NCBI GenBank assembly: GCA_027491395.1 | Contig: JAOZFI010000036.1 | Location: 64,001-128,000 of the forward strand | DNA: 64,000 bases | Source of the DNA: Thermoproteota archaeon | GTDB taxonomy: Archaea; Korarchaeota; Korarchaeia; Korarchaeales; Korarchaeaceae | Direction: 5' to 3' | In this document: positions 19,327 through 28,223 of the stretch, piece after piece | How the letters are laid out: the number at the start of each line of letters is the position of its first letter | Numbering within the stretch: position 1 is the first letter of the stretch | Program-made: the position numbers and the translations under genes | Notes under the pieces: generated by a model | What the model was told of the DNA's origin: nothing | What the model saw: the letters and a program-made list of their open reading frames with translations, nothing else | The model's database searches: none

Positions 19327-20460
19327 TCACACCCCCCTCACCAAGTGTACAACCGAATTAGCCCCTAGACCGCCTACACTTAGAACGAGCCCATTCTTTG
19401 CACCAGGAACCTGCCAGCCCTCAGCCCTTTCGGTTATTTGCAGGAAAGCTTCTGCCATCTGGTAGACGCCGGTCGCACCCACGGGATTCCCTCGGGCCTT
19501 CAAACCTCCCTCCGGATTGATGGGAGTGGAACCATCTCTCCGGGCATCTCCACTACTGAAGAGCAACGATGCCTTCCCCCTCTCCGCTAGACCGAGTTCT
19601 TCGACTTCCACGTATCCCATCACACTGGAGTAATCGTGGATCACGTAGAAGTCTGGCTTGAAGTCTTGAGATGCTTTGAGAGCCCTCTTGAAAGCAGCGC
19701 GCACTGAAGGTAACTGAGTCAGATCATTCCTGCGGTATATGGAGATGGTATCAGTCGCCTGACCGGATGAGACTATCTTGACACTGCTTTCTTTACCTAC
19801 GTCCTTGGAAAGTACCACTGCTGCAGCTCCATCACTGATAGGGGCGAGATCCAGCATCGTAACTGGTTCTGCTATTACTGGAGATGATTCATAGCTTTGA
19901 GGCTTCAGTTTAAACCTGAGCTGGGCATGAGGGGTCGTCGACGCGTTCTCATGCATTAGCAGGGGTAAATGGGAGAACTCTTCCTTTGGAACGCCGTACT
20001 TCTTCATGTAGGCCCGCATCATCATGGCATGCATGGATTCCAGTGTCCCCCCAGGGAAGGCCTCGTACTCAGAGTCTATGAAGGTAGAGAGGGCCGATGT
20101 GGAGTCCTCCAGCGATGTGTAGTCGGTCATCTTCTCCACGCCCACCACGAGTACCTTCTCTGCGGTTCCGCTCACCACCAATGACTTGGCGAGTAGTATG
20201 GCGGCTCCCCCCGAGGCCCCAGCGGCCTCCACCTTGACTGCTGGTGTGCCCGCCATTCCCAGATGGGTGGCAACATAGGATGCGAGGTTCTCTTGGGCGT
20301 TTATAACCCCGGAAAGGGCGTTGGCGACGACTATGTAATCCACATCCTCGATTGATGCGTCCTCTAGGGCAGCTAGAGCCGCCTCCACAGCTAGGTGTCT
20401 CAGGGACTTATCCCAATGGTTGCCCACCTGGGTCAAACCCACACCTATCACATAGACCAT
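19327..20460 (-). CDS. Archaeal thiolase (acetyl-CoA acetyltransferase) family protein with substituted catalytic residues
   Basis: VGVEKM, PISDGAAA, NPEGGLKARGNPVGATG; EAAGASG in place of ExACASG; start at ATG 20460 after GGGGTGA. Confidence 0.88.
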   Translation of the reverse strand: MVYVIGVGLTQVGNHWDKSLRHLAVEAALAALEDASIEDVDYIVVANALSGVINAQENLASYVATHLGMAGTPAVKVEAAGASGGAAILLAKSLVVSGTAEKVLVVGVEKMTDYTSLEDSTSALSTFIDSEYEAFPGGTLESMHAMMMRAYMKKYGVPKEEFSHLPLLMHENASTTPHAQLRFKLKPQSYESSPVIAEPVTMLDLAPISDGAAAVVLSKDVGKESSVKIVSSGQATDTISIYRRNDLTQLPSVRAAFKRALKASQDFKPDFYVIHDYSSVMGYVEVEELGLAERGKASLLFSSGDARRDGSTPINPEGGLKARGNPVGATGVYQMAEAFLQITERAEGWQVPGAKNGLVLSVGGLGANSVVHLVRGV

Positions 20461-20479
20461 GGCATCACCCCCGAGCATC

Positions 20480-21565
20480 TCAGTAGGCACTGAAGTCGTG
20501 GAGCATGCGGATCATCCTCCTGTACCTAGCATAGGTAGTGTAATCGACGTACTCCTTTCTGGAGACGTAATCCATGGTTTTAGGTGCCAATCCTTGGACC
20601 TCCTCTATTCCCTCCTTCACCTCTATGTGGAACGCGTCACTCCCAGCTCCTGAACCGAACGACACGACCAGTATCTTCTGCCCGGGCTTGGCCTGATCCA
20701 AGACAGCCGCTAACCCGACCAAAGCCGATCCGCTATAGGTGTTTCCTATGTAAGGAGTTATTAGACCAGGCTTTATCTTATCCGGTGTGAATCCCAGCCT
20801 TGTCCCCACCCTCAGGGGGAACTTCCCATTCGGCTGGTGGAATATGGCATAATCGTAATCCTCCGGCGCAGTACCCATCAGAGCCATGAGCTCCTTAGCT
20901 GCAGTCGTTATATGCTTGAAGTAAGCTGGCTCTCCCGTGAAAGCCCTCGTGTGAGCCGGGTAGCGTTCATGCTGCCTCCTCCAGAAGTCAGGGGTATCCG
21001 TTACGTGTGAGAGGGAGGCCTCTATCACAGCCACTGACCTGTCCGCCGGTCCTAGGATGTAGGCGGCACCGCCAGCGGAGGCCGTGTACTCCAGCGCATC
21101 CCCTGGAGCGCCCTGAGCCGTGTCCGCTCCGACAGTTAGCCCGTAATCGATCATTCCAGAGCCTATCAGCCCTAAAATTGATTGAATGGCCTCCGTTCCG
21201 GCCTTACAGGCAAACTCATAGTCAGCACCTGTGGTGAGCCTGCCCTCCCCTCCAGCACCAAGGGCGTCGATCAGCATTGTGGCGGTTGTCTTAACCGCGT
21301 AGGGCTTGGACTCTGTCCCAACGTAGACTGCCCTGAGCTTCGACGCATCTATGCGCGCCCGCTTCAACGCATTGATTGACGCCTCATAGGCTATTGTGAA
21401 GGTGTCCTCATCGATGCCTGGAACGCTCTTCTCCTCGACCATGATACCCGCGGCGTACCTGTTCCAGTCGCGCCCCCATCCTCTCGCAAGCTCCTCCGAC
21501 TTGATGCGCCATTTGGGAACGTAAACTCCCCAACCAACTATTCCAACCCTTCTACTCGCTCTCAT
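20480..21565 (-). CDS. Hydroxymethylglutaryl-CoA synthase
   Basis: GTESKPYAVK, EFACKAGT (catalytic Cys), FHQPNGKFP, IGNTYSG, SFGSGAGSD. Confidence 0.95.
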   Translation of the reverse strand: MRASRRVGIVGWGVYVPKWRIKSEELARGWGRDWNRYAAGIMVEEKSVPGIDEDTFTIAYEASINALKRARIDASKLRAVYVGTESKPYAVKTTATMLIDALGAGGEGRLTTGADYEFACKAGTEAIQSILGLIGSGMIDYGLTVGADTAQGAPGDALEYTASAGGAAYILGPADRSVAVIEASLSHVTDTPDFWRRQHERYPAHTRAFTGEPAYFKHITTAAKELMALMGTAPEDYDYAIFHQPNGKFPLRVGTRLGFTPDKIKPGLITPYIGNTYSGSALVGLAAVLDQAKPGQKILVVSFGSGAGSDAFHIEVKEGIEEVQGLAPKTMDYVSRKEYVDYTTYARYRRMIRMLHDFSAY

Positions 21566-21787
21566 ATGATCACCTTATCAGCTAGATGGAACATAGCTGC
21601 CTAATCGGGGTCTATAGCTTTGATCAGGAGGCTCCCTCGTCGAAATATTAAAAGTTAGTATGTTACGAGCCGGAAATAAACAAGAATTATATAAACGGAG
21701 ACATGCGAATTCCTACGTTAATCTTGATGTGAGTCGACGACCCTTTCATTAACTAACGTAGGAGTGAAGGTAAAAAGAGGAGGTCTG

Positions 21788-22270
21788 TCAGGACACTTGA
21801 CCGCGGTAGACTCTCTCCACCGCCTTCAACAGAGCGAATCCGATCACATCGATGGCTATCACAGACCCTATCAGTATGTAGACAAAGGTTATGATGAAGG
21901 GCTGGTTAAACAGCTGGTACAAGTAGGCTGAGACTATCAGGGAAACAGTGACGGGCATCTGACCTAGAGCGAGTAGGGGTCTGTCCCTCAGCTTCCAAGC
22001 TATAGCTGTAGCGATGAGATTAGCAGCTGAACCTCCTAGGGCATCCACTATCCCGAAGGGCCCGAGCATGTTCGCTATGAAGCAGCCCAAAGTTGTTCCC
22101 AGTATTGCTGGGGGGCCCATTAGCACTGAAAGCGCCAGCAAAGCATCTGCTACCCTCACTTGGACTGCATAGAAAGAGATTGGAGCTAGCACGAGGGTCA
22201 GCACAGCGTATGCAGCCGCTATCACCGTGAGCATGGCGACATCGCTACTCAGGTTCCTCATTCCCATCAC
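21788..22270 (-). CDS. QueT-family transporter
   Basis: IAAAYAVLTLVLAPISFYAVQVRVADAL, GCFIAN, DALGGS. Confidence 0.85.
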   Translation of the reverse strand: MMGMRNLSSDVAMLTVIAAAYAVLTLVLAPISFYAVQVRVADALLALSVLMGPPAILGTTLGCFIANMLGPFGIVDALGGSAANLIATAIAWKLRDRPLLALGQMPVTVSLIVSAYLYQLFNQPFIITFVYILIGSVIAIDVIGFALLKAVERVYRGQVS

Positions 22271-22290
22271 CCGAACGCGTTTTTACCAGC

Positions 22291-22932
22291 CTATTTAAGA
22301 ACCTTCCCAGTTTCCATGTACCAGAGATAGAGATCGAGTTCTCCGAGAGTTAAGCCCGTTTTCTCGGCTATTTTCCCTAGTATCGATTCTATTTCCAAGT
22401 ACTTCCTTCTCGTAAGGGTCTTAGGTCTCTCTATGATCCCATACCTCACCAGTACATCCACTATGTGGTAGTCGATTATCGCCACATTCTTGTATCCTAT
22501 ATTCCTCAGGAAATGGCTGGCTTCCTTGTATCCTAGACCCCTCACATTCTTGACTAACCACTCTCTGAGACTCCTCTCATCCTTGAAGCTGCTCAGGATG
22601 CCCTTCAACTCGGGTAAGAGCTTTCTGGCCTCAACGATGTACTCAGCTCTGGCCTTGGGGAAGCGGTGACCGAGCTCCCTCAATCTACTCTCCAGTTCTT
22701 CCCTGGGAAGCGTGATGAACCCGTCTCCTATAGCTCTCTGTATCCTTATCCCGCCTTCGGCGCTGTAATTGGCAGTTAAGAGGCAAAAAGCCAGCTCCTT
22801 GAATATCTCCTCCGCACTACTCTTCCCCAGTCGCTCGAACTCCCTCATCCTGATAGCTATGAGCTTAGAGACTTCCTCGCTTCTCAGCCTGTTCACTTCC
22901 CTAATCAGGTCCTCCATCCCCACTACCATCAC
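22291..22932 (-). CDS. ogg: 8-oxoguanine N-glycosylase/DNA lyase (Ogg2)
   Basis: ELAFCLLTAN, HhH GLGYKEASHFLRN, IIDYHI, C-terminal LWYMETGKVLK. Confidence 0.92.
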   Translation of the reverse strand: MMVVGMEDLIREVNRLRSEEVSKLIAIRMREFERLGKSSAEEIFKELAFCLLTANYSAEGGIRIQRAIGDGFITLPREELESRLRELGHRFPKARAEYIVEARKLLPELKGILSSFKDERSLREWLVKNVRGLGYKEASHFLRNIGYKNVAIIDYHIVDVLVRYGIIERPKTLTRRKYLEIESILGKIAEKTGLTLGELDLYLWYMETGKVLK

Positions 22933-23575
22933 CCAGCCTGTACGTCACCACTGCTCCATCCTCGAACTCGTCTATCTCAACTGTTCTCGCCTTCACCCCT
23001 GAATCTACTAGCGCAAGCCTGAAATCCTCGAAGTAGTCGTAGAAACCGCATGTTCTGCAGAAGTTACCCGTAAACTCGACCTTGACGAGATCGCCCCTGA
23101 TTTCCAGCACCACTGCCTTGGCTTCCGGACTTCTAAGCGAGTTGAACCTCTCAATCGCCCGTTCGACAGCCTGCCGAAGGTCTTCACTGGCCTGCCTGAA
23201 GTCAAATTTCCAGATTCCATGCTTAGAGCAGAGGATTCTCACCTCAAAGTCACCTCTAGGTCTATCGAATGTGGTTCCAGGCACTTCGCCCGACAGGTAC
23301 TTCCTTACCCTACCGTCGGCGCTTACTATCTCAATCCAGATTATCCTCGAATCTCGAGTCATTTCATGGGGAGCCACTCCCACCTCCACATAGATCCTCC
23401 CGTCCTCTTCGAATACACCGGGTTCATGCTCTTCGGCGCCGTCATCACCCTCTCCCTTGAACTCCATGGGGACCATTGGCTTGCCATGGCACACGGGAGG
23501 CTCACCTCCCGAGCTAGAGTAGGATTCAACGATCCTCCCGCAGACATCGCACCTGTAGAATTCCTCGCCATCCAT
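22901..23575 (-). CDS. Desulfoferrodoxin/superoxide-reductase-like domain fused to a CxxC-containing small archaeal domain
   Basis: YRCDVCG..PVCHGKPM, EEHEP, PHEM, IWIE, CSKHGIW; C-terminal FTGNFCRTCGFYDYFEDF. Confidence 0.7.
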   Translation of the reverse strand: MDGEEFYRCDVCGRIVESYSSSGGEPPVCHGKPMVPMEFKGEGDDGAEEHEPGVFEEDGRIYVEVGVAPHEMTRDSRIIWIEIVSADGRVRKYLSGEVPGTTFDRPRGDFEVRILCSKHGIWKFDFRQASEDLRQAVERAIERFNSLRSPEAKAVVLEIRGDLVKVEFTGNFCRTCGFYDYFEDFRLALVDSGVKARTVEIDEFEDGAVVTYRLGDGSGDGGPD

Positions 23576-23608
23576 CGCCCTTCCTCGAGAACACGGGTAA
23601 ATAAAGGT

Positions 23609-24289
23609 TCAAGGCTGAGGGGTAGGTGTCTTGAAGGGTGAGGAATCTTCGAGCCTCCTCATGGACTTCAGAGCAAACCTCAAAACCAGCAGCGTGAGAG
23701 GGATTCCCAGTAACAGAAACGCACTGGGATCCAAAAACAGGAGGAAATCGTAGGTGCCGTGGAGCAAGATCGGGAATACCAGTGCCCTCGCTAGGCCCTC
23801 TTTATATCCCATCATCTTCGCCCTTCCCAAGTACACCCCCATGACAGCACCATCCAGCGCGTGACTCGGAACCGCCAGCACTGCCCTCACCAAACCCACC
23901 AAGACCCCGCCTTCCAGCACATAGAACAGGTTCTCCAGCGTGGCGAATCCCAAGGAGGAAGCTACAGAGTAAACTACCCCGTCAAAGGGCTCATTAAACT
24001 CTTTCGAGTTGTAGGCCAGCAATAACACCGCTAGGAACTTCATAAGCTCCTCTGGAAATCCTATTCCGAGGTAACTCATGTAGATTAGGAGCGAAATGTC
24101 CCCAGACCTAGGGGATAAGTTGGAAAGTAACACGCCCTCAAAAAGAGCTGCCGGAAAGACGGCCATCACTCCAGCGAGGAATACCTTCTCAACCAGCGAC
24201 AAGGATTCCCTCTCATACCTATCCTTCAGGTAGAAAATCATCAGCAGGAATAATCCTGGAGCCACTGCAAGCACTAACAGATGTAGCAT
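23609..24289 (-). CDS. PrsW-family intramembrane metalloprotease
   Basis: EELMK, LGFATLEN, R..LAVPSHA, HGTYDF. Confidence 0.9.
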   Translation of the reverse strand: MLHLLVLAVAPGLFLLMIFYLKDRYERESLSLVEKVFLAGVMAVFPAALFEGVLLSNLSPRSGDISLLIYMSYLGIGFPEELMKFLAVLLLAYNSKEFNEPFDGVVYSVASSLGFATLENLFYVLEGGVLVGLVRAVLAVPSHALDGAVMGVYLGRAKMMGYKEGLARALVFPILLHGTYDFLLFLDPSAFLLLGIPLTLLVLRFALKSMRRLEDSSPFKTPTPQP

Positions 24290-24307
24290 GACCCTCCTCT
24301 CACTCTG

Positions 24308-24367
24308 GGGGGTCGGGACTCGGCAAAGTCATCACTCGTCAGCCGGTTGATCCTACCTCATTCCCCC
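24308..24367 (-). ncRNA. Box C/D methylation guide sRNA (double guide)
   Basis: GGAAUGA(C)-GGUAGGAUCAACCGG-CUGA(D')-CGA-GUGAUGA(C')-CUUUGCCGAGUC-CCGA(D) with G-run/C-run terminal stem; TATA-like CTTTATTA at 24389-24396. Confidence 0.88.
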
Positions 24368-24456
24368 GGGTGTCAGGGTCAATCAACCTAATAAAGAGAT
24401 CAACTGTCAGTCCCGTCTCAATTGGCTAGTCAAAAGAGGAGGGTAGGGAGAGATGA

Positions 24457-25329
24457 TCACCCCTTCTTCTCCGCCTTGACCTTGGCAGGGAGGGCCTCAG
24501 CTGGTTTGTGCGGCTTGAAACCGAACTTTCTTTTTATTAAGAGCTTCTTTAAGAGCTGTATTCCTTGAGCAGGATCAACCCCTCTTGGGCAGACGTCTGA
24601 GCAGGAGGCTGCGAAGTGGCAGCGCCAGCACCCGTGCTCGGTATCCACGACGGATATCCTGACATCGAGACCATTGTCTCTGGTGTCGACTATGTACCTG
24701 TACGCCTGAGCTAGGGCTTGGGGTCCTAGGTACTCGTAATCCGTGGCGGCGGTTGGACAGGCGGACAGACAAGCCCCGCACTTTATACAATCGGTGAACT
24801 GGTAATATCTAGCGTATTCATCGACCGTCTGCTTGTAGGGGCCAGTCGGATTGTTCAGCTCGACATCATCGTTCCTTATTATCCAAGGCTTCACAGCCCT
24901 GTGCTTTTCGAAGAAGGATGTGAAATCAGCAGCTAGGTCTCTCTCAACAGGGAAGTTATCCAAGGGTCTCAACTCAACGACATCACCGCTTCCAGCAGCC
25001 TCTAGAACTCTAGTCTGACAGGCCAGCATCTGCTTACCGTTTATCATCATGGCGCACGATCCACAGAGTCCCATCCTGCAGGAGTACCTTAATCCGAGGG
25101 AATGATCCGCCTCCCCTTTTATTATCAGAAGGGCATCTAAGACCGTCATTCCCCTTGAAACTTCCAGTTCATGTTCCTCCCAATATGGAGCGTAGTCCTT
25201 CCTCGGGTTGTATTTGTAGATCCTGAACTTTATCTTCCTTACAGGCTTCCAGAGCTCCTCAGAGGCCTTCATGGTCTCCTCAAGTACCTCGGGCGGAAGA
25301 ACATACTCCTTAGCTTCCTCTGAAGCCAT
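24457..25329 (-). CDS. sdhB: Succinate dehydrogenase/fumarate reductase Fe-S subunit
   Basis: SCRMGLCGSC, CIKCGACLSACP, CWRCHFAASCSDVCP. Confidence 0.95.
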   Translation of the reverse strand: MASEEAKEYVLPPEVLEETMKASEELWKPVRKIKFRIYKYNPRKDYAPYWEEHELEVSRGMTVLDALLIIKGEADHSLGLRYSCRMGLCGSCAMMINGKQMLACQTRVLEAAGSGDVVELRPLDNFPVERDLAADFTSFFEKHRAVKPWIIRNDDVELNNPTGPYKQTVDEYARYYQFTDCIKCGACLSACPTAATDYEYLGPQALAQAYRYIVDTRDNGLDVRISVVDTEHGCWRCHFAASCSDVCPRGVDPAQGIQLLKKLLIKRKFGFKPHKPAEALPAKVKAEKKG

Positions 25330-25341
25330 AAAATCACCTCC

Positions 25342-25671
25342 TCATGCGAACCCAAGCGCGACCATCAGTACCTGCAGGCCCACGGCGTAGGTGACTATGC
25401 CCACTATCAGAATGGCCCAGCTGATCCACTTGGTCCAGCACCTGTCGGGCACCATCTCAATGAGGATTACCCTGACTCCATTAAAGGCGTGATAGAGGAG
25501 GGCAGCTAAGAATATCGCCATGTTACCGAGGTAAAGGACAGGGTTCGCCTTTATGGTTGCGCCTATAACCGGGTCATTGTTCGCGAGCAAGTGTATTAAG
25601 CCAGTAATCACTATTAGGATGGCAGTAACATAGTGAAGGAACATGATAGTGGACTCCCTCATGTCAATCAC
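25342..25671 (-). CDS. sdhD: Succinate dehydrogenase membrane anchor subunit D
   Basis: Three TM helices; HYVTA, HAFNGVRVILIE. Confidence 0.8.
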   Translation of the reverse strand: MIDMRESTIMFLHYVTAILIVITGLIHLLANNDPVIGATIKANPVLYLGNMAIFLAALLYHAFNGVRVILIEMVPDRCWTKWISWAILIVGIVTYAVGLQVLMVALGFA

Positions 25672-26099
25672 CCCATCATCGGCTGAACTACGAGCGCGTA
25701 ATAGGCCCAGATAGCTGCGAGGACGACGAACAGAACCAAGGCAAACACCACCACGTATCTCTGGACTCCTTCTATCGATACCGGTCTCTGAGAGGGTTTC
25801 TTAATTAGAAGAGGCTTTCCTACAGCAAATCCCAGCTCCGCCAATATCAGCCTTATCCCATTGGCCGTGTGGAAGGTTACGATGATGCCGAGAAGGGCAT
25901 CCCACCATAGCCCAGGATGCCATCCCGTACTGTAGAAGTGGGCCAACACGAACAGAACTATTAGGATCCCAGTTATCCTGTGAGCAGCGTAAAGCCATCT
26001 CTCAATCGTATAAACCCTAGCCTTGAACCAGCCGGAAATACCCCTCATGTTTTTCGCATAATACTCCTTAAACTCGCTCTCAGCCTCCATAACCTTCAC
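25668..26099 (-). CDS. sdhC: Succinate dehydrogenase cytochrome b subunit C
   Basis: HRITG, H, HTANGIRLILAE. Confidence 0.85.
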   Translation of the reverse strand: MKVMEAESEFKEYYAKNMRGISGWFKARVYTIERWLYAAHRITGILIVLFVLAHFYSTGWHPGLWWDALLGIIVTFHTANGIRLILAELGFAVGKPLLIKKPSQRPVSIEGVQRYVVVFALVLFVVLAAIWAYYALVVQPMMG

Positions 26100-26100
26100 C

Positions 26101-27819
26101 TCAATACTTCCTCTCAGTGGGAGGCCACTTGGTTATCACAACCGGGATATAGCTGAACTGAGGTTCTCCATCGGCTCCCCTGGCTATCATCGTATGCTTG
26201 AGCCAGTTCTCATCATCTCTCTTGGGGTAATCTAGTCTGGTGTGAGCCCCTCTGGTTTCGGTCCTGTTCAGCGCAGCCCTTGCTACGACGTAGGCTATTT
26301 CCAGCATTGCGTCCAGCTCCAGTACGTGTATCAGGTTTATGTTATACTCTCTGTCCTTATCGGCTACATGTCCCTCTCCAAACCTCTGCCTGAGCTCTTT
26401 GAGCTTACTTATTGCCTCCTTCAGGCCTTTCTCGTCCCTGAACACGTAAACGTACTTGCCCATCGTGTCCTGCATCTCTCTCCTTATGTGATAGGGGTTT
26501 TCACCGGTGGACCCTCTGAGCATGCGATCGAATATCCTCTTCTCCTCCTCACTAACCTTGTCCATTGGGACATCTCTCAGACCTACTTTCATGGCGTAAT
26601 CGGCCGCCTGCCTGCCAGTCAGCATACCGTACACTAGGCAATCGGAAGAAGAGTTAGTTCCCAACCTGTTTGCTCCATGGAGGCTCACGCATGCGACCTC
26701 CCCGGCCGCCCACAGCCCTTTGGCTGGAGTGGCCCCGTAAATGTTTGTGTGCACGCCTCCCATGCTGTAGTGTGCAACGGGTCTGACGGGCATCGGCTCC
26801 TCAACTGGGTCGACGCCTGCGAACCTTATAGCCAGCTCCCTTATGTGTGGCAGTCTCTCATCGATCTTATCCTCCCCCAAGTGTCTTAGATCTAAGAGCA
26901 CGTAGTCAAGCCCTCCTGGACCCTTAAACCCTCTACCCTCCAAGATTTCGGTCATTTCCGCCTTGGATACCACGTCCCTAGGTGCCAGCTCCATTCTCTC
27001 AGGAGCGTAGTTCTTCATGAACCTCTCTCCTTTGTTGTTTATCAGGTAGCCTCCCTCTCCTCTAGCAGCCTCCGATATCAGGATGCCAGATGGCACTAAG
27101 CCGGTAGGATGGAACTGGAAGAACTCCATGTCCTTCAGCGATAACCCAGCTCTGTAAGCCATGGCCATCCCATCGGCGGTGGATGAATGCGAGTAGGTAG
27201 TGAACGGGTAGAGCCTACCAGCGCCTCCCGTGGCGAGCACCCCAGCTTTGGCTTTGAAAACGTAGAAATCACCGGTCTTAAGCTCTAGGGCGGTGACTCC
27301 TCTAAATTCGCCGTTCTCGATGATAAGAGAGGTAACGTAGAATTCGTGGTAGAACTTTATGTTATCATACTTCAGGGCCGTATCGTATAAGGTTTGCATC
27401 GCATAAAGCCCGGTCTTATCCGCAGCGAAGCAGGCTCTCGGAAAGCTGTGACCTCCAAACCTTCTTTGAGCTATTCTACCATCGGGCCTCCTGGCCCAGG
27501 GCATCCCCCAATGATCTAGCTGGTAGATCTCTTGGGGAGCCAGCCTGACGAAGAGCTCCACCGCATCTTGGTCGGCTAGCCAGGCTGCGCCCTTTATAGT
27601 GTCGTAAGCGTGCAGATCGTAGCTATCACCCTCATCATGATAGAGGGCCGCACCGGTTCCCCCTGCATATGCAACAGAGTGAGATCTCATCGCATGAACT
27701 TTCGTCAATACAGCTACGTCTAGTTTACCTTCATTCCTCCTAGCAGCTTCAATAGAAGCTCTGAGACCCGCTAAGCCTGATCCGATAACAACTATATCCG
27801 TAGTTACTATCTCAGCCAA
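26101..27819 (-). CDS. sdhA: Succinate dehydrogenase/fumarate reductase flavoprotein
   Basis: GSGLAG, RSHS (covalent FAD His), QFHPTG, ELAPRDVVS, HYSMGG, HGANRLG, ETRGAH. Confidence 0.96.
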   Translation of the reverse strand: MAEIVTTDIVVIGSGLAGLRASIEAARRNEGKLDVAVLTKVHAMRSHSVAYAGGTGAALYHDEGDSYDLHAYDTIKGAAWLADQDAVELFVRLAPQEIYQLDHWGMPWARRPDGRIAQRRFGGHSFPRACFAADKTGLYAMQTLYDTALKYDNIKFYHEFYVTSLIIENGEFRGVTALELKTGDFYVFKAKAGVLATGGAGRLYPFTTYSHSSTADGMAMAYRAGLSLKDMEFFQFHPTGLVPSGILISEAARGEGGYLINNKGERFMKNYAPERMELAPRDVVSKAEMTEILEGRGFKGPGGLDYVLLDLRHLGEDKIDERLPHIRELAIRFAGVDPVEEPMPVRPVAHYSMGGVHTNIYGATPAKGLWAAGEVACVSLHGANRLGTNSSSDCLVYGMLTGRQAADYAMKVGLRDVPMDKVSEEEKRIFDRMLRGSTGENPYHIRREMQDTMGKYVYVFRDEKGLKEAISKLKELRQRFGEGHVADKDREYNINLIHVLELDAMLEIAYVVARAALNRTETRGAHTRLDYPKRDDENWLKHTMIARGADGEPQFSYIPVVITKWPPTERKY

Positions 27820-27920
27820 AATAATTACCTCCCTTTCTTAAGGGACCTCCTAGAGGAGGCGGGTCAATAAGATAAATGTTCCCTAGGCTTTTCTCATATA
27901 TAAGCCTTAGACAACGGGGA

Positions 27921-27959
27921 ATATTTGATTAAATATATAACAAGACAATAGTTATATAT
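27921..27959. promoter_or_regulatory. AT-rich divergent promoter core with inverted repeats
   Basis: ATATATAAC-N9-GTTATATAT (27933-27959) and near-palindrome ATATTTGATTAAATAT (27921-27936) between sdhA and the Rieske operon. Confidence 0.5.
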
Positions 27960-28049
27960 AAGTGAACATCACCAGATAAATAACAGAAATTTTATTTATT
28001 TTTAGGGAACTCAGAGAACGAGGTCTCTCTTGAGAAAGGGTGTGTATCT

Positions 28050-28223
28050 ATGGGGGTGCTGATCTCCGGAATGGTTTCTGGTGCTCAAAGTCTCTTACAG
28101 ACCACATTCAATCAAATAACTCAACTGTGGGTCTTGGCAGGCTTAATAGCTATGTTTGTGATAGGCCTAGTGATCTACACCTGCTATTCTAGGAGCTTAG
28201 GTATACCGGAGGGTGAGGATTGA
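28050..28223 (+). CDS. Small single-TM protein, first gene of Rieske/cytb operon (57 aa; alternative start 28071)
   Basis: MGVLISGMVSGAQSLLQTTFNQITQLWVLAGLIAMFVIGLVIYTCYSRSLGIPEGED; stop overlaps Rieske ATG (TGATG); below ORF-track cutoff. Confidence 0.65.
   Translation: MGVLISGMVSGAQSLLQTTFNQITQLWVLAGLIAMFVIGLVIYTCYSRSLGIPEGED

Noticed and set aside
22270-22291. preQ1 riboswitch upstream of queT
   Set aside because: Only 20 nt separate queT from ogg; there is no room and no motif.
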